In this document: piece by piece, positions 50,762 to 61,401 of the stretch
Layout of the letters: each line of letters opens with the position of its first letter
Position numbering within the stretch: the first letter of the stretch is position 1
Assembly (NCBI GenBank): GCA_949118805.1
Contig: CASAUJ010000001.1
Location: 32,901-96,900 of the forward strand
Length of the DNA stretch: 64,000 nucleotides
From: an uncultured Clostridia bacterium
GTDB lineage: Bacteria; Bacillota; Clostridia; TANB77; CAG-508
Direction: 5' to 3'
Notes under the pieces: model-generated
Database searches by the model: none
The model's input: the letters and a program-made list of their open reading frames with translations, nothing else
Told to the model about the DNA's origin: nothing
Program-made: the position numbers and the translations under genes

Positions 50762-50884
50762 TTAACTACCTGTAATAATAAAATACATAATTCTATATAC
50801 TACTGTAAAAAGACCAATCGCTCCTATGGTTAATAAAACGGTAGCTGCTGGTGATAATCTGTGTTTTTTTACTTCTTCTTCCAT
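50762..50884 (-). CDS. 40 aa hydrophobic peptide
   Basis: My own translation gives MEEEVKKHRLSPAATVLLTIGAIGLFTVVYRIMYFIITGS, with a strong GGGAGGAAG RBS 4 nt upstream. It is below the ORF-track size cutoff. Confidence 0.45.
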   Translation of the reverse strand: MEEEVKKHRLSPAATVLLTIGAIGLFTVVYRIMYFIITGS

Positions 50885-50996
50885 TTTTCTTCCTCCCATA
50901 CCTCTTTTGTTTTTGTTATTTTATCATAGAATTCTTTTTTTGTGTTTAATGTTACAAATTTTTAATAAATTTGACACAAAATTGTAAAAATAGGCT

Positions 50997-53399
50997 TTAT
51001 TTTCTTAATTCTGCTCCTAGTGTCTTTTCCAATTCTGCAATAATATTTTCCATTGTTTGGTTGATTTCTTCATCACTTAAGGTTTTATTTTTGTCTCTAA
51101 AAATCAACGAATAAGCTACACTTTTTTTGTCTTTTCCTAATTTCTCATTTCGATAAATATCAAACAATTTCATACTTTCTAATAATTTTTTTGCTTTCTT
51201 TGTTACAATCTTTTCAATTTGTCCTACTTCTACTTTTTCTTCAACAATTACTGCAATATCTCTTTCTACTGCTGGAAATTTTGGTACTTCTACATATTTC
51301 TTATTGGCTTTTGCATATTTTACGATTTTTGTTACATTAATCTCTGCTAAATAAGCTCTTTTGGCTATTTCATAATGATCTAATACTTCTGGATGAACTT
51401 CTCCTAAAGTGGCTATTCTATCTATCCCTACTTTCAAGTTTGCACATCTTCCTGGGTGATAAGATCCATTCTCTGTTTCTCTTTCGATTTCATAATGTTC
51501 TACATGAATAGCTTCTAGTACATTTTCTAAAATTCCTTTTAAGATATAAAAATCCACTTCTTCTCCATACATACCAATTGTTAAAATCTCTTCTTGTAAA
51601 GGAACTTCACCTTTTTCTACTTCTTGATTTATATTTTTATAACTTCTAGATAAATCAAATAATTTCACACTTTGATTTTTCTTATTATAATTCGTGGCTA
51701 ATATTTGCATCATACTAGGCACAGTTGTTGGTCTCATTAGCTTATATTCATCACTTAAGGGATTTTGTATGGTAATCGCATATTTTTTAATTTCTTCTTT
51801 AATATTTGATTTCTCTAAATCCTTTTCACTTACAAATCCATAAGTATAAATTTCTGAAAGTCCACTATTGATTAATATTTCTTTTATTTTCTTTTGGATA
51901 CTCTGTTCTTTGTTTCGAATTCCTAATGTTGTATCTGCTTTCATTAGCGTAGAATCTAATTGATCATATCCATAAAAACGTCCTACCTCTTCTGCTAGGT
52001 CTGCTAAACACTCTAAATCCATTCTAAAATATGGTATTTTTACTAGATCCTCTTCTACTTTTATCGCTAGTGGTTCTAAAATAGCTATCATCTCTCCTTT
52101 TGTTAACTTGGTTCCTAACAAACCATTTATTGATTCTACTTCTAATTTTATTTCATTTGTTTTCTGCTTGGTTGGATAAACATCTATTTTCCCTTCTACT
52201 ACCTCTCCAATTCCTAATATTTGAACTAATTCAACTGCTCGATTAACTGCTCTTAATGCATTTTCAGAAGATAATCCTTTTTCAAATCGGGAAGATGCTT
52301 CTGTTCTTAACCCTACTTTTTTTGCCGTTTTTCTAACACTTCCTCCACAAAACACAGCAGATTCAAATACTACTGTACTTGTATCTTTTTCAATTTCCGA
52401 ATTCAATCCTCCCATTACTCCTGCAATTGCTACTGCTTTTTTCTCATCGGCTATCACTAAATTGGTTTCGTCTAATTCTCTCTCCTGCTCATCTAATGTA
52501 ATAATTTTTTCTCCCTTTTTGGCACGTCTTACTGTAATATGTTTTCCTTCAATCGAACGAATGTCAAAAGCATGCATTGGTTGCCCCATTTCCAACATGA
52601 CATAGTTGGTAATGTCTACCATATTGTTAATGCTTCTTACTCCACAAGCTTTTAATCTTCTTACCATCCAATCTGGTGAAGGACCTATTTTTACATTTTT
52701 AACCATTCTTGCTAAATAACGATAACATAAATCAGGTGCCTCTATCTCTACTTTCAATCCTTCTAATTCAGCTTTTGTTTCTACTTTGATTTCATCTATA
52801 TTTTTTCTTGGATTTTTAAATGGTTTTTTTAAAGATGCTGCTGTTTCTCTTCCTAATCCTTCTATCGAAAAACAATCTGGTCGATTCGAGGTGATTTCAA
52901 AATCAATAATATCTTCCTTCAAGTTTAGTACTTCAACAATATCTTCTCCCAAATGTTTTTCAAATGTTGCTGGTAATATCATAATTCCATTTTCAATTTG
53001 TTCTGGATAATCTACTAATGTAAGATTTAATTCACCTATGGAACACATCATTCCACAAGATTCTACTCCTCTTAACATTCCTTTTTTTATTTTAACTCCA
53101 TTTGGTAATTCTGATCCATCTTTAGCAATTGGTACAATATCTCCTACTTTCACATTAGGTGCTCCTGTCACAATTTGTACCAGTTCTCCTCCAAGATCCA
53201 CTTTAGTTACCACTAATTTATCTGCATCTGGATGTTTTTCAATTTCTAAAATCTTTCCTACTACTACATTTTTTATATCATTCCCTTTTTGTTCAATGGT
53301 TTCCACTTTTGAACCTGTCATTGTTAAAATATCTCCTAATGTAGTAGGATCTACTTCTATATCACTATATTCTCTTAACCATTCTATACTTGCTTTCAT
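50997..53399 (-). CDS. pheT: Phenylalanine--tRNA ligase beta subunit
   Basis: 800 aa with tRNA-binding, B3/4, B5 and FDX-ACB domains. Starts MKASIEWLREYSDIEV. Confidence 0.95.
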   Translation of the reverse strand: MKASIEWLREYSDIEVDPTTLGDILTMTGSKVETIEQKGNDIKNVVVGKILEIEKHPDADKLVVTKVDLGGELVQIVTGAPNVKVGDIVPIAKDGSELPNGVKIKKGMLRGVESCGMMCSIGELNLTLVDYPEQIENGIMILPATFEKHLGEDIVEVLNLKEDIIDFEITSNRPDCFSIEGLGRETAASLKKPFKNPRKNIDEIKVETKAELEGLKVEIEAPDLCYRYLARMVKNVKIGPSPDWMVRRLKACGVRSINNMVDITNYVMLEMGQPMHAFDIRSIEGKHITVRRAKKGEKIITLDEQERELDETNLVIADEKKAVAIAGVMGGLNSEIEKDTSTVVFESAVFCGGSVRKTAKKVGLRTEASSRFEKGLSSENALRAVNRAVELVQILGIGEVVEGKIDVYPTKQKTNEIKLEVESINGLLGTKLTKGEMIAILEPLAIKVEEDLVKIPYFRMDLECLADLAEEVGRFYGYDQLDSTLMKADTTLGIRNKEQSIQKKIKEILINSGLSEIYTYGFVSEKDLEKSNIKEEIKKYAITIQNPLSDEYKLMRPTTVPSMMQILATNYNKKNQSVKLFDLSRSYKNINQEVEKGEVPLQEEILTIGMYGEEVDFYILKGILENVLEAIHVEHYEIERETENGSYHPGRCANLKVGIDRIATLGEVHPEVLDHYEIAKRAYLAEINVTKIVKYAKANKKYVEVPKFPAVERDIAVIVEEKVEVGQIEKIVTKKAKKLLESMKLFDIYRNEKLGKDKKSVAYSLIFRDKNKTLSDEEINQTMENIIAELEKTLGAELRK

Positions 53400-53444
53400 A
53401 ATCTTTTCCCTTTCTTTTTTATCCTTATTCTTTTTTATCCCTTA

Positions 53445-54464
53445 TTAAAATTGTTTCAAAAATCGAACATCATTTTCAAATAATAGTCGCATATCTTCAA
53501 TGCCAAATTTTGCCATAGCAATTCTTTCTACTCCAAATCCAAAAGCAAATCCGGAATATACCTCTGGATCAATTCCACAATATTTTAAAACATTTGGATG
53601 AACCATACCACAACCTAACAATTCAATCCATCCTTCTCCTTTGCATACTCTACATCCTTTTCCTCCACATACAAAACAAGATACATCTGCTTCTGCACTT
53701 GGTTCTGTAAATGGAAAATGATGTGGACGAAATCTAATTTTTGTATTTTCTCCTAAACATTTTTTAGCAAACCATTCTAATGTTCCCTTTAAGTCCGTCA
53801 TGGCTATATTTTTGTCCACTACTAATCCTTCTATTTGATGAAAAACTGGTGAATGAGTTGCATCTACACTATCAGAACGATAAACCGCTCCTGGACAAAT
53901 AATTTTAATGGGGGGTTTTTGTGTTTCCATCACTCTTGCTTGCACAGGAGATGTTTGACTTCTTAATACAATTTCATCTGTAATATAAAAAGTATCTTGT
54001 ACATCTCTTGCTGGATGATCAGGTGGTGTATTTAATTTATCAAAATTATAAATGGCTTTTTCTACCTCTGGTCCATCTGCTATTTGATAGCCCATACCCA
54101 AAAAGATTTCTTCTACTTCCTGGATAATTTGTGTAATTGGATGTAAAGAACCTAATTTTACTTTTTTACTTGGTTCTGTTACATCAATATTTTCGGTTTC
54201 TAATTTTTTTTGTAGTTCTTTTCTTTTAAATTCCTTTTCTTTTTCTTGAATCAAAACTTCTAACTCATCTCTTACTTCATTTACTAAGCTTCCAATAATC
54301 GGTCTTTCTTCTGGACTTAAATTCCCCATTCCTCTTAATACTACTGTTAATTCTCCTTTTTTTCCTAAATATTTTACTCTTACCTCATTTAATTCTTTTT
54401 CTTCTTTACATTCTATGATTTCCTTTTTCGAATTTTCTCTTAGTTTTGCAATTTTTTCTTTCAT
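53445..54464 (-). CDS. pheS: Phenylalanine--tRNA ligase alpha subunit
   Basis: 339 aa with ...[11 protein letters not shown]...[14 protein letters not shown]...[13 protein letters not shown]. Confidence 0.95.
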   Translation of the reverse strand: MKEKIAKLRENSKKEIIECKEEKELNEVRVKYLGKKGELTVVLRGMGNLSPEERPIIGSLVNEVRDELEVLIQEKEKEFKRKELQKKLETENIDVTEPSKKVKLGSLHPITQIIQEVEEIFLGMGYQIADGPEVEKAIYNFDKLNTPPDHPARDVQDTFYITDEIVLRSQTSPVQARVMETQKPPIKIICPGAVYRSDSVDATHSPVFHQIEGLVVDKNIAMTDLKGTLEWFAKKCLGENTKIRFRPHHFPFTEPSAEADVSCFVCGGKGCRVCKGEGWIELLGCGMVHPNVLKYCGIDPEVYSGFAFGFGVERIAMAKFGIEDMRLLFENDVRFLKQF

Positions 54465-54494
54465 ATTATCATATCCTTTCTTTTTATTTTTTCA

Positions 54495-54720
54495 TTCCAA
54501 AAAGCCATCTCATCCTTTTTAGGACGAAATGGCTTTTTCATTCGTGGTACCACCTAAATTTATTAGTTCTATAACTAACCTCTTATCGTGTTAACGGTTC
54601 GAACCGCTTTTTCCTACTTGAGTCTATTTTGCTTGTTCAGAAAAAGACCTAAAAAGTGAAATTTCAATAACGGATAGGAGATGACTCTCAGCCTTGTTCA
54701 TCTTCTCTTTGCCTATTTTC
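54495..54720 (-). promoter_or_regulatory. T-box leader (Phe) with terminator/antiterminator
   Basis: On the minus strand there is AGAGA-type stem I sequence (aaagagaagatgaacaaggctgagag). The conserved T-box reads aatttaGGTGGTACCACGaatg (54541-54560 on the plus strand). A terminator follows (aaaaagccatttcgtcc...ggatgagatggcttttt, 54499-54538). UUC triplets are present in the specifier region. Confidence 0.8.
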
Positions 54721-54817
54721 CCCCTTACTTACTTTGCTTTTTAATTTGTTTTATTTTTTTATTTGTTTTCTATTGTAACATATTTTATAAGCCTTTTCAA
54801 GTAATTTTCTTCTAATT

Positions 54818-55312
54818 TTATGATTTTATTTTTTCGTAAGTTACATAATCATATTCTAATCTGCTATTTTCATCTTTTGGGCCTTTTTCTCTACTAGTTT
54901 CTTTCCATATTTCTGGATCAATCCTAGGGAAAAAACTATCTCCCTCAAATTCTTCCTTGATTTCTGTTACATACATCTTGGTTACATATGGCATTAATAA
55001 GCCATAGATCATGGCTCCTCCAATAACAAAGTTCTCTTTTTCCTCTTCTATATATTCTTGTATTTCTAGCATAGAATGTACAACTGATACCTGTTCGTCT
55101 TTTACTTTAAATTCAGGATTTTGGCTAAAAACTATATGTTTTCTATTTGGCAATACTCTTCCTAAAGATTCAAAAGTTTTTCTTCCCATAATTATTGTAT
55201 GTCCTGTTGTCAATTCTTTAAAATGTTGTAAATCTGCTGGTAATTTCCATACCAGCTTGTTGTCTTTTCCAATAATATTATTTTTTGCTTTTGCAACTAC
55301 GATACTTAACAT
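54818..55312 (-). CDS. folA: Dihydrofolate reductase
   Basis: 164 aa with MLSIVVAKAKNNIIGKDNKLVWKLPADLQHFKELTTGHTIIMGRKTFES. Confidence 0.9.
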   Translation of the reverse strand: MLSIVVAKAKNNIIGKDNKLVWKLPADLQHFKELTTGHTIIMGRKTFESLGRVLPNRKHIVFSQNPEFKVKDEQVSVVHSMLEIQEYIEEEKENFVIGGAMIYGLLMPYVTKMYVTEIKEEFEGDSFFPRIDPEIWKETSREKGPKDENSRLEYDYVTYEKIKS

Positions 55313-55346
55313 CTTTTTCCCTTCCTTTTTCTTTTCCTATTTTTCC

Positions 55347-56204
55347 TTATTCTGCTACTGGTATTTTTCCTAATTTAATCGTTTTATTATAATCATAACC
55401 TTGTACTTCTAAATCCTCTGGTTTAAAATCATAAAAGTTCTTTGTTGGATTCTTTATCACTAATTGGGGATGTACTTCCATGCTTTCTGCTTCTAATAAT
55501 TTCTTTACCAACGGAATATGTCTATCATAAATATGACAATCTCCAATGTTATGGGTTAAAGTTCCCACTTCCAAATCAGTTATTTGGGCAAACATATATT
55601 GTAATGCTGCATATTGCATTACATTCCATCCATTTGCTGCCAACATATCTTGGGAACGTTGATTTAAAATCAAATGTAATTTTCCTTGCTTTACTAGCCA
55701 TTGTGTACTATATAAGCATGGCTCTAATCCCATATCTTTCAATTCTTCATGATTAAATAGATTGGTTACAATTCTACGACTAGATGGATCCTTTTTTAAT
55801 AGATATAATACATAGTCTACTTGATCCATTTCTTGCATTCCTTCTTTGGTTTTAAATGTATATTTTTTTCCCATTTGATAGCCATAGGCTTTCCCTATAC
55901 TTCCTTCTTCATCAGCCCATTGATCCCATATATGAGAATTTAAATCTTTTATTTGATTTGATTTTTTTTGCCAAATCCATAACACTTCATCTACTGCTTT
56001 TTTAAAAGTATTGGTATTATTTCGTATGGTTATCATTGGAAATTCTTTTCCCACATCATATTTATTGGATACTCCTACAATAGATACATAATTCGCTTCT
56101 GTTCCATCTTCCCATCTAGTGCGGACATGAGTTCCTTCAGAAGAAATTCCATTTTCAATAATTTCTTTGCATGTTTCTATAAAATGTCGATCTGCTTGTG
56201 TCAT
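55347..56204 (-). CDS. thyA: Thymidylate synthase
   Basis: 285 aa with ...DQVDYVLYLLKKDPSSRRIV...LEPCLYSTQW...QRSQDM.... Confidence 0.9.
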   Translation of the reverse strand: MTQADRHFIETCKEIIENGISSEGTHVRTRWEDGTEANYVSIVGVSNKYDVGKEFPMITIRNNTNTFKKAVDEVLWIWQKKSNQIKDLNSHIWDQWADEEGSIGKAYGYQMGKKYTFKTKEGMQEMDQVDYVLYLLKKDPSSRRIVTNLFNHEELKDMGLEPCLYSTQWLVKQGKLHLILNQRSQDMLAANGWNVMQYAALQYMFAQITDLEVGTLTHNIGDCHIYDRHIPLVKKLLEAESMEVHPQLVIKNPTKNFYDFKPEDLEVQGYDYNKTIKLGKIPVAE

Positions 56205-56287
56205 TTTGCTTCCTCCTTTTATTCCATTTTTTCCAAGTATACCACATTCTATTTTAAATTTCTACTTTTTTCTTCTTGTTTTTTATT

Positions 56288-57178
56288 TTATTCTTCTTCC
56301 CATTTTGGGACATATTCTTCTTCATGTTCTCCCAATTCTTGTATATATCCATTTTCCCATTGTAATTCTTCTATATAATCTTCTATTTCTTGCCATTCTT
56401 CTTGGGTTAATTTTCGCTGTAATTTTTCGATTCCTTTGGCTTGATAGGTTGGAAAATATTGTGCCATAACACTAATAAGGATCTCTTTTGGTAAATTTTC
56501 CTTGATCCATTTTAAGACTTTTTTGCTATTTTCTATATAATTGGGTAAAACCAAATGCCTTATCATAACTCCTTTTTCCATCATTCCATTTTCTTTCCAT
56601 TTAGGAGATCCTACTTGTCGAATCATTTCTTTGATGGCATTGGTTGCCACTTCAAAATAATTGCTTACTTTTGAGTACCTTTCTCCTAACTCATTTTCTG
56701 CATATTTTAAATCTGGTAAATAGATATCAATATATCCTTCTAGTAATTTTATAGTTTCTATTTTTTCATATCCATTGGTATTATATAAAATAGGAAGTGT
56801 CAATCCTTTCTGTTTGGCCATTTTTATCGCTTCGATAATAGGTAACACATAACTTGTAGGAGTGACTAAATTAATATTCTCTACGCCATTTTCTTGTTGT
56901 TTTAAAAAGATATTGGCTAACTCCTCTACACTAATTTCTCTTCCCTTTCCTAATTGACTAATTTCATAGTTTTGACAATAGACACAATTTAAATTACAGT
57001 TTGAAAAAAATATAGTTCCTGATCCATTGTTTCCACTAATACACGGTTCTTCAAAATAATGTGTACAATATAATGCGATTTTTACTTTATTGCTAGCTTT
57101 ACACCTTCCCACTTCGCCTAAATTTCGATTGGTTTTACATTCATGTGGACACAAATTGCATTTTTCTAATGTTAGCAT
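56288..57178 (-). CDS. Radical SAM protein (PflX-like activase family)
   Basis: 296 aa. An N-terminal Cys cluster (CNLCPHECKTNR...GRC) is followed by CNLNCVYCQN. Confidence 0.75.
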   Translation of the reverse strand: MLTLEKCNLCPHECKTNRNLGEVGRCKASNKVKIALYCTHYFEEPCISGNNGSGTIFFSNCNLNCVYCQNYEISQLGKGREISVEELANIFLKQQENGVENINLVTPTSYVLPIIEAIKMAKQKGLTLPILYNTNGYEKIETIKLLEGYIDIYLPDLKYAENELGERYSKVSNYFEVATNAIKEMIRQVGSPKWKENGMMEKGVMIRHLVLPNYIENSKKVLKWIKENLPKEILISVMAQYFPTYQAKGIEKLQRKLTQEEWQEIEDYIEELQWENGYIQELGEHEEEYVPKWEEE

Positions 57179-57199
57179 TTCCTACTCCTTTTTCTATTC

Positions 57200-57871
57200 C
57201 TATTCTTGATAAACTCTTTTTACATACAATTTTTCATTTTGTGCCTTTAAAATAATTTTCTTTTTACTAAATCGATCCTTATTTTCTTTGACTAATTCCT
57301 TGGCTTTCTCTTCTTCTTTTTCTGCCATTCTTCCCATTTCTTCTCCTGTTAAATTTTTTATAATAATTGTATCTTGATCTTCTGTTACAAGAGAATAATC
57401 TTCTAAATATTCTATAATTTCTACTTCATATCCATCCTTTATTTTTTCTATTTTGCTTAACAAAAAGGCTTCTTCTTCTTTATCCATTCCCATTCCAACC
57501 GCAAAATATTGTTGCTTTTCTTCATCTAAAAAAATATATTCGGTTCCCTCTTTTGGGAAATCCTTGTGAAAGTTTTCTCCAAACATTTCTTTTGCCTTTT
57601 GTTGTATTTCCTCATAAGTAAATTCATATTCTTCGACATTCTTTTTGACTACTTCCCAAATCCAATTTTCATTTGCTTGATTAATGTCTTCAAAACAAGG
57701 CAAAGATTCTTCTGTGATTTCTCTCCACATATAAATTTGATGGATATATTTTTCAATTGCTTCAATTTCTTCTATTTTTATTTCCTCTTGTTTTACCGTG
57801 CTTTTTTGATATCCTATTATTCCTACTAAAGCAATCAATAGAACTACTATGATAGTAACTAATTTTTTCAT
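57200..57871 (-). CDS. N-terminally anchored hypothetical protein
   Basis: 223 aa with the signal/TM segment MKKLVTIIVVLLIALVGIIGY. Acidic. No family recognised. Confidence 0.45.
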   Translation of the reverse strand: MKKLVTIIVVLLIALVGIIGYQKSTVKQEEIKIEEIEAIEKYIHQIYMWREITEESLPCFEDINQANENWIWEVVKKNVEEYEFTYEEIQQKAKEMFGENFHKDFPKEGTEYIFLDEEKQQYFAVGMGMDKEEEAFLLSKIEKIKDGYEVEIIEYLEDYSLVTEDQDTIIIKNLTGEEMGRMAEKEEEKAKELVKENKDRFSKKKIILKAQNEKLYVKRVYQE

Positions 57872-57933
57872 TTTTGTTTTCTCCCCTTTTCGCTTTTGTG
57901 TTTTTTTCTTATTCTATCATATTTCTATTTTTT

Positions 57934-59938
57934 TTACCACTCCATGACTACTTTAAATAAATCTCCATCAATATAAATATGAAAAATTCCTCCTTGCAAT
58001 TCTGTCAAACTTTTAGCAATGGATAGTCCTAGTCCGCTTCCTTCAGTATATCTAGCTTTATCTCCTCTTACAAATCTTTGCATTAATTCCTCACTACTAA
58101 TATTTAATTTTTCCTTTGATATGTTTTTAATACTCATTTCTATTTTGCTTTTCTCTTTTTTCATGTCTATATATACTCTTGAATTTTCTAATGCATATTT
58201 GGTAACATTGCTAAAAATATTTTCTATCACACGATACAAATATCGATTATCTGCTCTTATTTTTATCTCTTCTTTTGGCATTTTACATTCTATTTGCAAT
58301 CCTTTTTCTTTAAATCGATCTTCGAACTCTCCTATACTTTGGTGAATCAATTCTTTTAAATTAATTTCTTCTATCTGTAATTGTACATTACCAGAAGATA
58401 CTTTTGATGCTTCTACTAAATCTTCTGTCAATTTTTTCAATCTTTGGGATTTCATATCCAAAATTTTGACATATTCTTTTACTTTTTCATTTTGCAATTC
58501 TTCTTTTTTCAATAAATCTACATAGTTAATAATAGAAGTTAATGGTGTTTTGATATCATGGGATACATTGGTAATCAATTCTGTTTTTAATCTTTCTGAT
58601 TTCAAGCTTTCTTCAATTGCATTAGAAAATCCTCCAGCAATATCATTCACATAAATTGCCATCTCTTTTAAAATCCCTTGTAATTCACTATCATCAATAT
58701 AAACATTATTATTTCCTTGATAAATTTTTCCTAATGCTTCTTTTATTTCTTCTTGTCTTCCGAATATATTGTCTTATTTTATAATAGACAAAAACCCAAA
58801 ATATTAGCAAAATAAGGAATGCCATTCCATTGGCAAAGAAGGTAGCAAGTCCTATGCTGATCATGACAAATCCCCAATAGTACCAAAATACTTTTTTGCT
58901 CGTTGGTTTTTTGTTACTATATTTCTTTAACTTTTGGTAAACCCATTTTCCGATTTGATAGGTTGCAAAACTCTTCCAAAAAGTTCTGGATTTGATCCTT
59001 TTAATAGTAGTAATTCCCCATATTGCACAAATGGTATATCCAATCAGATAGGCAATTAGATCTGCTATGATTACTACTGTTTGTAAATAAATATCAAAAA
59101 AATTAACCATAAATGCTAACACCATTGTTAACATTCCAAAACTAATCATACAAACGATTTCATATGGTAATTTGTCAAAGGTATTGCAAGTAATTCCTTC
59201 TTTTCCCTTTTTATGACCAATTGCCCAAAATAGATAAATTGCAATGATTACTAATCCCATCAAACTAATAATGGAACTATAAAAAGGCAATTGTTTGTGC
59301 TGTAACATAAAATCGCAAATGTTTCTATTCCATAGAAAGTTACTTGATAAGATGGATTCATCTTCCTGATAAAAACTATAAATATCATAGTCTTTCCATT
59401 CTGTTTTTTGTTCTTCTGATCCATAATACTGAACCTGATTATAATTATAATTATATTTAATATTATCTTGGTTAATATAGTTTAAATTAGTTTCAATTTT
59501 CCCATTAATGAGATTCCAATATACATTTTTCGTCTCTTTTTGCATCGAATTGATGGTTTCTTCATAATTGTTACTTTTTATGTTGGTAAATTTTTTTTGT
59601 GTTTCTTTTTCTACAATAATATAATAAATATAATTTCCTATTTCCCCTTCATTATAATAAATTCTTTGATCAGAATAATAGTAAGAATTTCCTTTCTCAT
59701 CTTCCAATTCTATAAATTTATCTTCTCTTCTAACTGTTTGACAATCATATAGTGTTCGAATAAAAAAATATAAATAATTGTTCGCAAAGTTTTCTGTTTG
59801 CACATAAGCGTTTTCTTCTTTTTTGCTTCTACGTAAATAAGTAAAATGGAATAGACTTAACATAAGAATTGCCACTAATATTGGGATTAAAATGTAACAT
59901 ATTATTTTTAAGATTCCTGATTTTCTTAGTTTTTCCAT
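57934..59938 (-). CDS. Sensor histidine kinase (sensor and kinase halves joined at CGGA)
   Basis: Start chosen at MEKLRKSG, after AAGGAGGG. The multi-TM sensor ORF ends in the zero frame 17 codons after att CGG Aag. The +1 frame reads ...YKIRQYI-G-RQEEIKEALGKIY...MAIYVNDIAGGF...SHDIKTPL (HisKA) and then HATPase. Confidence 0.8.
58759..58762 (-). other. CGGA +1 recoding site (histidine kinase)
   Basis: The site is tat att CGG Aag aca. It joins ORF 58709..59989 to ORF 57934..58662 through a 32-codon linker with no stop. Confidence 0.7.
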
Positions 59939-59972
59939 ATTTCCCTCCTTAAAAAGATTAGAAAAATCTTCT

Positions 59973-60671
59973 CTACTCTTTCTTTTCAATTTTGTAACCT
60001 ACTCCCCAGATTACTTTTAAATACTTAGGATCTTTTGGATTGATTTCTATTTTTTCTCTTATGTGTCTAATATGAACAGCAATGATGTTTTCAGCTCCAA
60101 ACCCTTCTTCTTTCCATACATTTTCATAAATTTCTGGAATAGAATATACTTTTCCTTTGTTTTCTAATAAAAATTTTAGAATATTGTATTCTGTCGCTGT
60201 TAATTTTACTTCTTTTCCATCTACTATTACTTCTTTTGTTTCATCATTTATGATCAATTGTCCTGTTTGATAAATTTTATGGTTATTTTTATTTTCTAAA
60301 GAGCCTAAACTTACATATCTTCTCAAATTAGAATTCACTCTTGCAATTAATTCTAATGGATTAAATGGTTTGGTGATATAATCATCTGCCCCTGCATTCA
60401 ATCCTCCTATTTTATCATAATCTTCTGATTTGGCAGATAATAAAATTACTGGTATTACTTTACTTTTTCTAATTTCTTCTAAAGTTTCTAGACCATCTTT
60501 TTCTGGCATCATGATGTCTAAGATAATGAGATGAATTTCATTTTCTTCTACCATTTTTATGGCTTGTTTTCCATTATAGGCTTTTAAAATATGATACCCT
60601 TCTTTTTTTAAATAAATTTCAATGGCTCCCACAATTTCTTTATCATCATCCACCACTAATATATTATACAT
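59973..60671 (-). CDS. OmpR-family response regulator
   Basis: 232 aa with the receiver region MYNILVVDDD...ILDIMMPEKDG and a winged-helix C-terminus (...VHIRHIREKIE...VWGVGYK). Confidence 0.9.
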   Translation of the reverse strand: MYNILVVDDDKEIVGAIEIYLKKEGYHILKAYNGKQAIKMVEENEIHLIILDIMMPEKDGLETLEEIRKSKVIPVILLSAKSEDYDKIGGLNAGADDYITKPFNPLELIARVNSNLRRYVSLGSLENKNNHKIYQTGQLIINDETKEVIVDGKEVKLTATEYNILKFLLENKGKVYSIPEIYENVWKEEGFGAENIIAVHIRHIREKIEINPKDPKYLKVIWGVGYKIEKKE

Positions 60672-60745
60672 ATTTCATTTCCCCTTTTACTCGTATTATA
60701 CCATATTTTTTATGAAGAAAAAATAGAGAAAATATTAATTTTCTC

Positions 60746-61240
60746 TTAAACTCCTACTCTTTCTATATGAATCCATCTTATTTTTTGAAAAGAATATTCT
60801 GCTATTGCTTTATTGAAAGCATCTAATGTATGACAAGCAATTTTAATCCCTTTTAGGGAAAACTTATTTTCAATTTTCGTAATAACAAGAGTATGTTCAA
60901 ATTTTTGCCCATCAAAAGATAATTGTGCCATATCTCCTATTTCAATTCCATTTTGTGTCGTTTCAATGGCTTGTGGACCAATTCCTTTATTTCGGATTAA
61001 AAATTGATATAAATATTCTACTCCACTCCAAGATGGAGATTTATCATTTCCATTATGATAATACCATCCAAAATCTTGTGTATGATTCATTATTTTACTT
61101 CCTGCATACATACATTGAGAAGCAAAATTAGTACAATCCCCTCCTACCATGTCGAAATTATAATACTCTGGATTCCTTGAAAGAGCCCACTTTCTTGCAT
61201 ATTCTATAACATTTTTTCGATTATAATCTTTTCCTCTCAT
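60746..61240 (-). CDS. Putative amidase-domain protein (Amidase_6-like)
   Basis: Start chosen at MRGKDYNRKN, after GGGAGGGAG. Contains NPEYYNF...GGDCTNFASQCMYAG...SPSWSGVEYL. The ORF-track N-terminus MQWGRFFFHM is repeat-A sequence. Confidence 0.65.
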   Translation of the reverse strand: MRGKDYNRKNVIEYARKWALSRNPEYYNFDMVGGDCTNFASQCMYAGSKIMNHTQDFGWYYHNGNDKSPSWSGVEYLYQFLIRNKGIGPQAIETTQNGIEIGDMAQLSFDGQKFEHTLVITKIENKFSLKGIKIACHTLDAFNKAIAEYSFQKIRWIHIERVGV

Positions 61241-61267
61241 TTTTTCTCCCTCCCTTTCTATTTTATT

Positions 61268-61300
61268 CATGTGAAAAAAGAAACGTCCCCATTGCACATG
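61268..61300. repeat. Repeat family A, solitary arm
   Basis: catgtgaaaaaagaaacgtccccattgcacatg. It has the same orientation as the arm at 62489-62520. Confidence 0.75.
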
Positions 61301-61401
61301 AATAAAATAGATAAATTGACTTTTTACAATAAAATTTATATAATAATGTCATCGTTTGTAACTATTTGATATTATAAGACCAAAGTAAGGAGGAAAAATC
61401 T

